From Acaryochloris thomasi RCC1774 (GTDB lineage Bacteria > Cyanobacteriota > Cyanobacteriia > Thermosynechococcales > Thermosynechococcaceae), in NCBI RefSeq assembly GCF_003231495.1, contig NZ_PQWO01000004.1, positions 180,001-212,000 of the forward strand: DNA of 32,000 bases. Reading direction: 5' to 3'. Position numbers and translations under genes: made by a program. This document shows positions 9,622 to 18,940 of this stretch, piece by piece (the first letter of the stretch is position 1; every line of letters begins with the position of its first letter). The notes beneath the pieces were generated by a model that was given only the letters and a program-made list of their open reading frames with translations, did no database searches and had not been told where the DNA came from.

Positions 9622-10175
9622 ATCTCTGATCGAACGTCGTTTTCCTTGGGGCGGACAGCACAAAGACAACAGACCGACCACCGCTGCAGTTCTGCTGGGG
9701 GCGTTGCACAGTGACATTGGGGACAGGATGGGTATTTCTGAGACTGAGCTTTGACGCGCTCTGACCACCGCAGAAAAACTTCCTGATGACTCGTCACAGC
9801 TTTGGGGCTTACGGCATTATCTGGACCCATCACCAGTGATTGTGGAGTCCAAGGCTTGGCGGACTGCGAATGCGTGCTGCGCGACCGCCACTGGCTTGTA
9901 GAGAAGCGAATATCAGTCAGGGGTTTGTTGAGAAGAGCATTGAGCTTTGCCAGAAGACGCTGTCGTTCAAAAGCGAGGTTTTGTGCCCAAACTGCACTGG
10001 AAGTTGCGACAAATAAAACCTGCTGTGAGTTGATTTGGGTCGGCTGTGCCTGAGCCGCAACGACGGAGCCAACAACTTCAGCCCAGGCATGCTGTAGTTT
10101 GCCGAACTCGCGCTGCTGTTTCCACTGCGCTTTACGCAGCGTTCCGAGAACGCGATCAACAGGTTCTAGAGCCAT
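9618..10175 (-). CDS. DUF721 (DciA-like) protein with C-terminal Cys cluster
   Basis: 185 aa. N-terminal DUF721-like region (LQHAWAEVVGSVVAAQAQPTQINSQQVLFVATSSAVWAQNLAFERQRLLAKLN). C-terminal CPQCHC...CCLC zinc-ribbon-like cluster. Confidence 0.75.
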   Translation of the reverse strand: MALEPVDRVLGTLRKAQWKQQREFGKLQHAWAEVVGSVVAAQAQPTQINSQQVLFVATSSAVWAQNLAFERQRLLAKLNALLNKPLTDIRFSTSQWRSRSTHSQSAKPWTPQSLVMGPDNAVSPKAVTSHQEVFLRWSERVKAQSQKYPSCPQCHCATPPAELQRWSVCCLCAVRPKENDVRSEI

Positions 10176-10185
10176 GGGTCAATTA

Positions 10186-11046
10186 TTAGGAAATGGGCTG
10201 TAGCGCCAGGAATTTATCGAGGGCGCTCACAATCTTAGGAGGCCAGCGCCGCACTTGAGTCACCCATTCGATATCGCGGTAGCGGCGGTCTAAGCCGACG
10301 GCAGAAGCCCAATTGCTTTCAGCTTCACCCGTTTGCCCTTCAGCCCAGAGTGCTGCCGTTAGAGCTGCTCTCATATCGGCAAACTGCGGATACTTCCGCA
10401 CTAAATTTTTCATGGTGCGGATCGCTTCTTGCGTGTCTTCTACTTGGTAAAGGGCAAGGGCATAGTTGGCGCGCGCAAAGGCGAAGTCAGGCGCAAGTTC
10501 GGCAGCATGTTGATATTCTTCAACGGCAGTTTCCCAGTTACCGAGTCCGGCATTGGCGTTGCCGAGGTTGTTATAGGCGACCGGATCTTGATCGTCAATT
10601 TCTAAAACGTGATTGTAATCTGCGATCGCATCTTTCCATTGCCCCAATCCTTCTTGCGCCACACCGCGATTGAGGTAAGGATCTGGCTGATCAGGGGCAA
10701 TTTCGATGGCGTGGTTATAGTCTGAGACCGCATCTTCCAGCTTATTTTGACTGACCCTCGCATTTCCTCGATTGCTCCAAAGAGCGGGGTTCACAGGCTG
10801 CTGCTCTAAAAGCCGGGTCCAATAGGTCTCAGCCGTCGCGAAATCACCCACATTAGTAGCCTCTAGCGCCTGATCAAAAAGGGCGTCGAGATCTGCCTCT
10901 GAAACCTCAGCAGACGGGCCAGGAACGGCAACGGCAACAGATTCCCCCACAGGCGTCGCAAACAAGAGAATGAGAGACACCACCAATCCCATCAGCAGCG
11001 ATCGCAACGTTTGCAGTGGATAACAGATTTCGGCTGAAGTCTTCAT
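10186..11046 (-). CDS. Tetratricopeptide-repeat protein with N-terminal signal/anchor
   Basis: 286 aa. Hydrophobic N-terminus (LLMGLVVSLILLFATPV). Repeated TPR units (WSNRGNARVSQNKLEDAVSDYNHAIEIAPD, YLNRGVAQEGLGQWKDAIADYNHVLEID, YNNLGNANAGLGNWETAVEEYQHAAELAPD). Lies 10 nt upstream of the DUF721 gene on the same strand. Confidence 0.85.
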   Translation of the reverse strand: MKTSAEICYPLQTLRSLLMGLVVSLILLFATPVGESVAVAVPGPSAEVSEADLDALFDQALEATNVGDFATAETYWTRLLEQQPVNPALWSNRGNARVSQNKLEDAVSDYNHAIEIAPDQPDPYLNRGVAQEGLGQWKDAIADYNHVLEIDDQDPVAYNNLGNANAGLGNWETAVEEYQHAAELAPDFAFARANYALALYQVEDTQEAIRTMKNLVRKYPQFADMRAALTAALWAEGQTGEAESNWASAVGLDRRYRDIEWVTQVRRWPPKIVSALDKFLALQPIS

Positions 11047-11333
11047 GCCAAGAGAACCCTTCTGACGCTAACGTTACTCACTCTAAACGATAGCCTGAGA
11101 ATCGTGCAGCCGGTGAGCATCACATGACTCCTGACCCAGTGTGATCCACAGACAACGTTGACAGCCCATCATCAAGCAGATCGTTGAAGGACCTGACTTT
11201 ACTTGGTTCTCGACACTGCCAACTCCCATTTTTGGTCCCCTGACACCCCGAAGTTTTTGAGGCAGAAGTTCCCGCTATCGCCGTTATCCTGCTATCTTAA
11301 GTGGGGAGAATTTGATCATCACAGGGCAACTGC

Positions 11334-12062
11334 ATGGGGCGAACGTACAAGCGGGTCTTGCTAAAACTGAGCGGGGAAGCTCTTATGGGGTCTCTCCCCT
11401 ACGGCATTGATCCCGCCGTTGTGCAGAGCTTCGCAGCAGAAATTGCCGATGTCGTCGCCAAAGATATTCAAGTTGCCATCGTCGTCGGAGGCGGAAATAT
11501 CTTCCGGGGCGTTAAGGGGGCTGCCGGCGGCATGGACCGGGCCACCGCCGACTACATTGGCATGATCGCTACGATCATGAACGCAATGACGCTCCAGGAT
11601 GCCTTAGAACAGATTGAAGTGCCCACCAGAGTCCAAACCGCCATATCAATGCAAGAAATTGCTGAACCCTATATCCGGCGGCGGGCTATGCGGCACCTTG
11701 AACGAGGGCGAGTGGTGATTTTTGGCGGCGGTTCGGGCAATCCATTTTTTACCACCGACACAACGGCAGCTCTGAGAGCCGCAGAGATTGATGCCGAAAT
11801 TATTTTTAAAGGGACGAAAGTTGACGGCGTCTACGATAGTGACCCAAATACAAATCCCAACGCTCGGCGATTCAAAAGTCTCACCTACAGCCACGCGCTT
11901 ACCCACGATATTGGGGTGATGGACAGTACCGCGATCGCACTGTGCAAAGACAATGACATCCCTATTTCCGTTTTTGCTCTATCCGTCAGCGGCAACATTC
12001 GCCGCGCCCTGATGGGGGAAACCATTGGCACCTTTGTAGGAGGTTCATGTGACATTAGCTGA
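11334..12062 (+). CDS. pyrH: UMP kinase
   Basis: 242 aa. [14 protein letters not shown]-terminus and [10 protein letters not shown] motif. Followed by frr, the classic pyrH-frr pair. Confidence 0.97.
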   Translation: MGRTYKRVLLKLSGEALMGSLPYGIDPAVVQSFAAEIADVVAKDIQVAIVVGGGNIFRGVKGAAGGMDRATADYIGMIATIMNAMTLQDALEQIEVPTRVQTAISMQEIAEPYIRRRAMRHLERGRVVIFGGGSGNPFFTTDTTAALRAAEIDAEIIFKGTKVDGVYDSDPNTNPNARRFKSLTYSHALTHDIGVMDSTAIALCKDNDIPISVFALSVSGNIRRALMGETIGTFVGGSCDIS

Positions 12063-12597
12063 GACAGATGACTTAATGAAGAAGGCCGTTGAAGCAGCGC
12101 GGCGGTCTTTTAATACCATTCGCACCGGGCGAGCGAATCCTTCTCTGCTCGATCGGATCATGGTGGACTACTATGGTGCACCCACCCCTTTGAAGTCGTT
12201 GGCGACCATGAGTACCCCTGACGCTAGCACGATCACGATTCAGGCCTTTGATGCTACCAGTCTAGGAGATATTGAGCGGGCGATCTCAATGTCAGATGTG
12301 GGACTGGTGCCCAACAATGATGGCAAGATTATTCGTCTCAATATTCCGCCGCTCACGGAAGAGCGCCGCCAAGAGTTTGTCAAAATGGCTTCGAAGCTAG
12401 CGGAAGAGGGTAAGGTCTCGGTTCGCAACATCCGCCGTGATGCGGTCGATGATGCTCGAAAGCAAGGCAAGAGCGGTGACCTATCTGAAGACCAAGCTCT
12501 CGATCTTCAAGATTCGATCCAGAAGCTAACAGATAAGTATTCAACAGAAATTGATAAGCTCCTAGCGGCCAAAGAAAAAGAAATCCTGACAGTTTGA
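12049..12597 (+). CDS. frr: Ribosome recycling factor
   Basis: 182 aa. GTG start preceded by AGGAGG at about 12039. [23 protein letters not shown] motif. Overlaps the pyrH stop by 14 nt. Confidence 0.96.
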   Translation: MTLAETDDLMKKAVEAARRSFNTIRTGRANPSLLDRIMVDYYGAPTPLKSLATMSTPDASTITIQAFDATSLGDIERAISMSDVGLVPNNDGKIIRLNIPPLTEERRQEFVKMASKLAEEGKVSVRNIRRDAVDDARKQGKSGDLSEDQALDLQDSIQKLTDKYSTEIDKLLAAKEKEILTV

Positions 12598-12609
12598 CGC
12601 TGTTTATCT

Positions 12610-13734
12610 ATGTACGATTGCATCATTGTGGGAGCCGGACCTGCCGGTGGCACTGCCGCCTATCATCTGGCAAAGCGGGGTCGTTCGGTCTTGGTCTTAG
12701 AGAAAGAGTCTTTACCGCGCTATAAGCCTTGCGGAGGAGGCGTTTCCCCAGTAGTGGCCCAGTGGTTTGACTTTGACTTTTCACCCGCGATTTCTTTGCG
12801 AGTGAAGACCATCCGCTATACCTGGAATATGGGTGATCCGGTGGAGGCTGAGCTGCATACACCGGAGCCGATTTGGATGGTGCGTCGGGATCTGTTCGAT
12901 CACTTTTTAATTCAGAAGGCCCAGGAACAAGGGGCGGAGCTGCGTGAACAGACAGAGGTCAAAGGCATTGAGTTCAAGAGCGATCGCTGGCAGGTTGACA
13001 CCGCCAACGGTCCAGTAGAAGCGCGCTACCTGATTGCGGCCGACGGTGCCAAGGGGCCAATGGCGCGATGGCTCGGTTTTAAAGAGCGCAAGCGTCGGAT
13101 TGGCGGAGCCTTAGAGGCCGAAGCCATAACCCCAATCGAAAATCCGGAAACGGCCCATTTTGAGTTTGGGATGGTTAAAAACGGCTATATCTGGAATTTT
13201 CCGAAGGCGGACGGCTATTCCATCGGCATTGGTGCCTTTCGCGGAGGGCTATCCCAAAACTTGAGAGAGATCGTCACCGAGTATTCCACGATGTTTGGCG
13301 TCGACTTTACCTCTATTAAGCAGCATGGCCATCCCCTCTGTTTGTGGGAAGGAAATCAGAAACTGCATACGCAGCAGGCATTGCTGGCGGGCGAAGCGGC
13401 CTGTGTCGTAGACCCGTTTACGGCAGAAGGAATTCGCCCCTCTATGTTTAGTGGTCTCAAGGCTTCTGAGGCCATTGATCTAGCCTTGAGCGGTGACATC
13501 GATGCACTGGAGCGCTATACCGCTGTGATTAGTGAAGAGTGGGGGGCTGATATGGCTTGGGCACAGCGACTGGCCGGGGTCTTCTATCGCGTTCCGGGAC
13601 TGGGATATAAGATTGGTATTAAGCAGTCAAGCGCCACCCGGCGCATGGGGCAAATCCTCTCAGGTGAAGCACGCTACGGCGATGTCGCGGAAAGTGCGAT
13701 TAAGAAGCTCAGTCGTGGCTTAATCGGTGGCTAA
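12610..13734 (+). CDS. Geranylgeranyl reductase-family FAD-dependent oxidoreductase
   Basis: 374 aa. FAD-binding fingerprint YDCIIVGAGPAGGTAAYHLAKRG. Also LIAADGAKGPMARWLG and a GEAACVVDPFTAEGI motif. Confidence 0.85.
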   Translation: MYDCIIVGAGPAGGTAAYHLAKRGRSVLVLEKESLPRYKPCGGGVSPVVAQWFDFDFSPAISLRVKTIRYTWNMGDPVEAELHTPEPIWMVRRDLFDHFLIQKAQEQGAELREQTEVKGIEFKSDRWQVDTANGPVEARYLIAADGAKGPMARWLGFKERKRRIGGALEAEAITPIENPETAHFEFGMVKNGYIWNFPKADGYSIGIGAFRGGLSQNLREIVTEYSTMFGVDFTSIKQHGHPLCLWEGNQKLHTQQALLAGEAACVVDPFTAEGIRPSMFSGLKASEAIDLALSGDIDALERYTAVISEEWGADMAWAQRLAGVFYRVPGLGYKIGIKQSSATRRMGQILSGEARYGDVAESAIKKLSRGLIGG

Positions 13735-13750
13735 TCCCAGCGATGTGTAC

Positions 13751-13770
13751 AGGATTTGCTAGGATTTGCA
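13751..13770. repeat. Tandem direct 10-mer (AGGATTTGCT AGGATTTGCA) in the nuclease gene leader
   Basis: Read directly: two adjacent copies identical at 9 of 10 positions, 30-49 nt upstream of the ATG at 13800. Confidence 0.6.
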
Positions 13771-13799
13771 CAGATTAGATTCTGTCACGTCGAGAATGC

Positions 13800-15308
13800 A
13801 TGTTGCTCACTGCCCGACAGTTATTGAGTTTTCAACGCTGTCATCGTCAAACCTATCTCGACGCCTTTGGTGATCTGCAAAATAAGGCAGAGCCTAGTGA
13901 CTTTTTGACAAAGCTGAGGCAAGACAAAGCGCAGCACCAACAGGAATTTTTAGCTAACTACACGTACGAGAGACCCAATTACCCTGCACGAGACTGGATC
14001 GCGGGTGCCCAAGCAACTCTAGAGCTGATGCAGGCGGGCGTTGAACAGATTCATCGAGGCGTCCTGCGGGTTGAGTCTGACATCGATTTAGTCTCCGTTG
14101 CGATCCCCGACCTGCTAACTAAGGTACCCGGGGATTCTTTCTTTGGGGGCTGGCAGTATGTCCCGACATCGATTCAGTTGAGTAAGCGTCCGAAGCTGGA
14201 GTATCAGCTACTGGCAACGTTTCAGGCGCAGGTGCTGGCTGACTGCCAGGGGGTTTGGCCCGAGGTGGCTTATCTCTATCTGCGCGAACGCGGCTGGTAT
14301 ACGGTGGATCTAGAGAAAAATCGGCCGAAGCTAGCGGACCTCCTTTCTGAGCTGCTGACGATGCTGCGACAGCAGCAGGAGCCAGAGGCGTTTATTGTTA
14401 ACAATCGCTGTAGCCTATGTGGTTGGTATGAACCTTGTTATGCGATCGCAAAGTCTCAAAAACACCTATCGCTCATCCCTGGCATTACCCCCAGTCGCTA
14501 TCCGATTCTACAGGCCCACAATCTGACAACAACTGAGGCGATTGCAGCCATTGAGCCGTTTGATCTACAGGCTCTAACAGGTTTTAGCAAAGATGTATCC
14601 GTGAAGATGGTGCATCAGGCCCAGGCGTTTGTTCAGGATCAGCCAGTCACGCTGGCCCTGCGCCCACCGGGGTATGATCTGCCTTTGCCGACGGCGATGG
14701 TTGAACTCTATTTTGATATTGAAGCGGAACCGAGCCTAAATCTGGCCTATCTCCATGGCGTATTGGTCATCAATCGCCAAACCCAGGAGCAAACCTTTTA
14801 TCCGCTGTTGGCTCAAACCCCAGAAGAGGAACAGCGGGTCTGGGAAGATTTCTTAGCGTTAGTACAGCGCTACCCCAATGCACCCATCTTTCATTTTTGC
14901 GCCTACGAGGTGCAAACGGTGGAGCGGCTAGCTCGTCTATATGACACCCCTATGCCGATGATTGAGACGCTGCTGGAGCGGTTTGTCGATCTCCACATTT
15001 GGGTCACTAAAACCGTTGTCTTACCGATTGAAAGTTATACGCTGAAGCTAATTGCCCGCTGGATCGGGTTTGAATGGCGCAACTCAGAGGCCAATGGCGC
15101 GCAGTCGATTTACTGGTATAGTCAGTGGCTAGAAACTTGCGATCGCACCTTCTTAGAAACCATTTTGATATACAACGAAGACGACTGCCGTGCCACCTAC
15201 GCGGTCAAAGAATGGCTGACGATCTTTCTAGAGCAGCAGGCAACATCAACGAACGGGCAACAGCCTCTTATCTCTGACTTTGCAACCACAGACCCCCATG
15301 AAATATAG
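13800..15308 (+). CDS. TM0106-family RecB-like putative nuclease (Cas4/AddB-type Cys cluster plus C-terminal RNase H-like domain)
   Basis: 502 aa. N-terminal Cys (FQRCHRQTYLD) plus CSLCGWYEPC, as in Fe-S PD-(D/E)xK nucleases. C-terminal YFDIEAEP ... YNEDDCRATY resembles a DEDD/RNase H-like exonuclease module. Confidence 0.8.
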   Translation: MLLTARQLLSFQRCHRQTYLDAFGDLQNKAEPSDFLTKLRQDKAQHQQEFLANYTYERPNYPARDWIAGAQATLELMQAGVEQIHRGVLRVESDIDLVSVAIPDLLTKVPGDSFFGGWQYVPTSIQLSKRPKLEYQLLATFQAQVLADCQGVWPEVAYLYLRERGWYTVDLEKNRPKLADLLSELLTMLRQQQEPEAFIVNNRCSLCGWYEPCYAIAKSQKHLSLIPGITPSRYPILQAHNLTTTEAIAAIEPFDLQALTGFSKDVSVKMVHQAQAFVQDQPVTLALRPPGYDLPLPTAMVELYFDIEAEPSLNLAYLHGVLVINRQTQEQTFYPLLAQTPEEEQRVWEDFLALVQRYPNAPIFHFCAYEVQTVERLARLYDTPMPMIETLLERFVDLHIWVTKTVVLPIESYTLKLIARWIGFEWRNSEANGAQSIYWYSQWLETCDRTFLETILIYNEDDCRATYAVKEWLTIFLEQQATSTNGQQPLISDFATTDPHEI

Positions 15309-15882
15309 GCTTCTGCCCCTCCTCTTTGCCGTCACTTTGGGCATCAGTAGCTGTCGCTCAGAACCCACAACCATTGAAGTTACTGCGCCTGCCCCCAATC
15401 CCACGCCTGCGATTGCCGGTGAAGTCTTAGTGAGCGACCAGGGCATTGTGCAGCTCAACCGCCCGCAAGGTTGGACCGATCAGCTGGCAGAGGAAGATAC
15501 CTTAAATCTAAAAATGTCGAATGAATCGGGCGATGCGCATTTAACCTTGCAAACTCGCGCAAAAAAAGACTTGCCTCAATTCAGTCTCGAAAAATTTGCA
15601 AAAATGGGGCGAGAAGCTGGTCTCCAGACAATGACAGATCTCAAGATTACAGGGCCAACAGAGGTCACATTGGTCAATGGATATCCCGCGATTCAGTATC
15701 AATTTCAGGGAAAAGTTGAGGGCGCTGAGACGGTGCTGCTACATACGGTCATTGAGTCTCCCAGTTACTTCCACCAGATTTTGGCTGGCTCCTCTGGGTT
15801 TGGCTTCGAGCGGCATCAGCCAACCCTGCAAAAAATTATTCAGACCTTCCAGGAGGTGCCTGTTACCGCGTCCGGACAGTAG
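15298..15882 (+). CDS. Putative lipoprotein, PsbP/DcrB-like fold suspected
   Basis: The in-frame ATG at 15298 gives MKYRLLPLLFAVTLGISSC, with lipobox ISSC. It overlaps the nuclease stop (15306-15308) by 11 nt. The mature part has the 'xPxGW' beginning (LNRPQGWTDQ) seen in PsbP/DUF1795-type proteins. Confidence 0.65.
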   Translation: MKYRLLPLLFAVTLGISSCRSEPTTIEVTAPAPNPTPAIAGEVLVSDQGIVQLNRPQGWTDQLAEEDTLNLKMSNESGDAHLTLQTRAKKDLPQFSLEKFAKMGREAGLQTMTDLKITGPTEVTLVNGYPAIQYQFQGKVEGAETVLLHTVIESPSYFHQILAGSSGFGFERHQPTLQKIIQTFQEVPVTASGQ

Positions 15883-15936
15883 CACACCAGAACGGGGCAA
15901 AACCCTATTATGAACTGATTCGTTGCAGGTAGTCCT

Positions 15937-16602
15937 TCAACGTAAAATGTAGCCGTACCCTCTGACGGTATGAATTAAGCGTCGCGGATTGTGCTGCTCT
16001 AGTTTTTTCCGTAGATGAGAGATATAGACGTGGATGAGGTTGTAGTTTTGCTGGTGTTCATAGTGCCAGACCTCTTTGACGATTTGCGATCGCGATAATA
16101 CGCTTTTCGGGTTTCTCAGAAAATACGTCAGCAAGTCAAATTCCTTCACGGTCAACTCAACCCGTTGAGTGCCCTGCAGCACTTCACGGGACTCAAGGTT
16201 GAGCGCCAAATCTGAATATCGGAGTACCTGTGGATTCTGAAAACTTCGGAGACGAGTTCTGACTCTCGCCAACAGTTCTTCAACCCTAAAGGGCTTTACA
16301 AGATAGTCATCAGCCCCTGAATCTAGACCTGCGACTCGATCTGCAATGCAGTTTCTGGCCGTCAGTAGAATAATGGGCACTTTGCTACCCGTCTGCCGCA
16401 GACGACGACAGAGCTCTAACCCCGAAAGGCACGGCAGCATCCAATCTAAAATTACAAGATTGGGGTCAAGCTGACGCACGCCCATCAGGCCCGACATCCC
16501 GTCATTGCACACGGTGACGCCGTAACCCGCTGACGTTAGCTCTAAATTCAAAAACTGTGCTAGACGCGGCTCATCTTCAACCAATAGAATTTGTGAACTC
16601 AT
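15937..16602 (-). CDS. OmpR-family response regulator
   Basis: 221 aa. Receiver domain (ILLVEDEP, LVILDWMLP, LVKPF) plus winged-helix output (LTVKEFDLLTYFLRNPKSVLSRSQI, IHTVRGYGY). The start overlaps the kinase stop in an ATGA. Confidence 0.93.
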   Translation of the reverse strand: MSSQILLVEDEPRLAQFLNLELTSAGYGVTVCNDGMSGLMGVRQLDPNLVILDWMLPCLSGLELCRRLRQTGSKVPIILLTARNCIADRVAGLDSGADDYLVKPFRVEELLARVRTRLRSFQNPQVLRYSDLALNLESREVLQGTQRVELTVKEFDLLTYFLRNPKSVLSRSQIVKEVWHYEHQQNYNLIHVYISHLRKKLEQHNPRRLIHTVRGYGYILR

Positions 16603-17438
16603 ATCGACGGTGCAGGGAGTTGGACAGAAACCCGCGTGCCAGACTGCAGCGTTGATTCAATATGAAGCTGTCCACCGTGATCTTCGACAATTTGCTTCAC
16701 AATCGCAAGGCCAAGGCCACTGCCAGAGGGTTTCGTAGTGAAAAAGGAGGTTGTCAAATGGGGCAGTGCCTGAGGTGAAATGGGGAGACCCCAGTTATGA
16801 ACCTGAATACGAACCGCATTGTCTGCTGCAAGAGGTACAACCTGCCACGTAATCTCATCTTCTACTGGAGAAGCTTCGCAAGCATTGGTGAGTAAATTGA
16901 TCATCACCTGCTTGAGTTTGTCTGCGTTGCCCAACAGACTAATAGGCTCAGGAGCTGGAATGAAGACAATCTTTCGATCAGCTATTTTGGGCATCATCTG
17001 GATTAGCTCTAAAAAATTTGTCATTAAAGCATTTACTTCTAGAGCTGAGTACTCTAGTGGGTAAGGTTTTGCATATTGCAGAATTTCATTGAGCAAGTGC
17101 TGCAGTCGATCGGCCTCTTCTAGGGCTAAGTTCAACCGCTGCTGCGAGGTCTCTGGCAAATTGAGATTTTCAAATGACTGCAGCGCCATCAAAATAGTGG
17201 TCAAAGGATTACGCACCTCATGAACAATCATCGCGGAGCGTTCGCCAATTTTAGCGAGGCGTGATTGGGGCTGCTGGGTAATACTCTGCAGTAATTTATC
17301 AATATCAGATGTCACTGAGCTCTCTGTTACTCCAGTCTTCATCGATGAGAATGGGCTGTCACTAGGTTTGAAGGCAGACCTCCCATGTGTCCTGCGGTGT
17401 ACCGTTGGAGAATCGGTGAGACTATCTGCAAACGTCAT
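16599..17438 (-). CDS. Soluble histidine kinase lacking a recognisable sensor domain
   Basis: 279 aa. H-box MIVHEVRNPLTTI at about aa 70. N box LLTNACEAS. G boxes VHNWGLPI and GSGLGLAIVKQIV. The first 60 aa or so are Ser/Thr/Pro-rich with no hydrophobic segment. Confidence 0.9.
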   Translation of the reverse strand: MTFADSLTDSPTVHRRTHGRSAFKPSDSPFSSMKTGVTESSVTSDIDKLLQSITQQPQSRLAKIGERSAMIVHEVRNPLTTILMALQSFENLNLPETSQQRLNLALEEADRLQHLLNEILQYAKPYPLEYSALEVNALMTNFLELIQMMPKIADRKIVFIPAPEPISLLGNADKLKQVMINLLTNACEASPVEDEITWQVVPLAADNAVRIQVHNWGLPISPQALPHLTTSFFTTKPSGSGLGLAIVKQIVEDHGGQLHIESTLQSGTRVSVQLPAPSI

Positions 17439-18178
17439 GACCTTACCTTCATCTTCGAAACGACTTCGGTTTCAGGGACAGCTTCTTGGAGAGCCTTGCG
17501 GGCAATACGGGTGACGTAGAGGGTCACAGCAACGGTGGCAATAAAGCCGATAATGCGAATAGCCCACTGCACTGTGGGATCAGTGGGCTGATCTTCAGCC
17601 CCAATCATCGCGATGCTACCTGCCAACGAGCCAATATAGACATACATAATGGTGCCGGGAATCATGCCAACACAGCCTAAAATGTAGTCCCGAAAGGAAA
17701 CCCCTGTGACGCCTAGCCCGTAGTTAAGTAGGTTGAAGGGAAAGATAGGGGACAGCCGAGTCAGCAAGACAATCTTGAAACCTTCTCGGCCAACGGCTTG
17801 ATCAATGGCGTTGAACTTAGCATTGCCCGCAATGCGTTTTGAAACCCAACCTCTTGCCAGGTAGCGACCAATCAGAAAGGCCAGTGAAGCCCCTAATGTT
17901 GCGCCAATAAACACGCAGATTGATCCTTGAATCACGTCAAAGACAACGCCCGCGCCCAAGGTCAGAACAGAACCCGGCAAGAATGCGATGGTTGCAATGA
18001 CATAGATGGCGATAAAGGCAACAAATCCAAGGGTCCCTAAGCTATCCACCCACTCAAGGGATGTCCGCAGCAGTGCCTGGGGGTTGAAGCTAGCAGCATT
18101 GCCCTGAGCCAATGCGGGTGCAATGATCAGGATATTCGCAATCAGGGCTAATCCGAAGAGTCTCTGTATCTTATGCAT
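17435..18178 (-). CDS. TVP38/TMEM64 (DedA-related, SNARE-associated) family membrane protein
   Basis: 247 aa, multi-pass. Family motifs FLPGSVLTLGAGVVF and LLTRLSPIFPFNLLNYGLGVT. The stop overlaps the kinase ATG in an ATGA. Confidence 0.9.
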   Translation of the reverse strand: MHKIQRLFGLALIANILIIAPALAQGNAASFNPQALLRTSLEWVDSLGTLGFVAFIAIYVIATIAFLPGSVLTLGAGVVFDVIQGSICVFIGATLGASLAFLIGRYLARGWVSKRIAGNAKFNAIDQAVGREGFKIVLLTRLSPIFPFNLLNYGLGVTGVSFRDYILGCVGMIPGTIMYVYIGSLAGSIAMIGAEDQPTDPTVQWAIRIIGFIATVAVTLYVTRIARKALQEAVPETEVVSKMKVRS

Positions 18179-18549
18179 CGCTCTCTATAAGATTAGGGAT
18201 GGTCGAGAATCTGGCGCTTGGCCCCCAGCGTCTGACGGGTAGAGGCCGACTCGGCTTGGTAATCGACTGCAGCGCTTGCTTTGCCCCCACGCCTGTCCAT
18301 AACCTCTGCCGAGCAAAGGCGTTGAACAGCAGACGACTCTAGGGGAAAGAGCAAAAAGTAGTGAAGATGATGCCGCTCAAGTCTGATGCCATCAAGGATG
18401 GAGTGGACTTTGCGATCGCACTTCTATCTCCGGCATGAAGTTGAGCCGCAAAAAAACAACAGCATGATACGCGACCCAACCGGGCAAAGACAGCAGCGCC
18501 AACATCAACCAACGCTGCAATCAGAAGGGGTCATGGCCACTAGCAGACG

Positions 18550-18918
18550 CTAGCGATCATTCCTGAAGGGTGGGTTTCTGGGGTCTAGCATATCCAGGAT
18601 TTTGGCAGATATTTTATTGCTTTCATCCAGCATTTCTTGAGCGAGTTGCTTGATGTCAGGGTCATCAGACGTCAAAGACTCCGAGGCCATATCTGCGACC
18701 TCCATTTGCATCACCAGCATTTCCATTAGCTGTTTACGTCGCTGGTGAGCCGGACTGATTTCCTTGCGAAAAGGAGAGGCAATCAAAAGGCCTGATTTTG
18801 GCAAATTAGATGTATGGGAAGGCCTCTTTTGTAGCGGTGCAGCACCTGCAGGAGCGGCGAAACACATAGCCATAACCGCAGCAATGGAGCTGAGTCTGTA
18901 GGGAAAAGACATTTTCAT
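18550..18918 (-). CDS. Small exported Met-rich helical protein (weak DUF305/CopM-like resemblance)
   Basis: 122 aa. Signal peptide (SSIAAVMAMCFAAPAGA/AP). Mature region has 7 Met in about 95 aa (QLMEMLVMQMEVADM). DDPDIKQLAQEMLDESNKISAKILDML resembles the second half of DUF305 repeats. Coding status is not independently supported. Confidence 0.5.
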   Translation of the reverse strand: MKMSFPYRLSSIAAVMAMCFAAPAGAAPLQKRPSHTSNLPKSGLLIASPFRKEISPAHQRRKQLMEMLVMQMEVADMASESLTSDDPDIKQLAQEMLDESNKISAKILDMLDPRNPPFRNDR

Positions 18919-18940
18919 ACCTCACTTAGATAATCTGATA

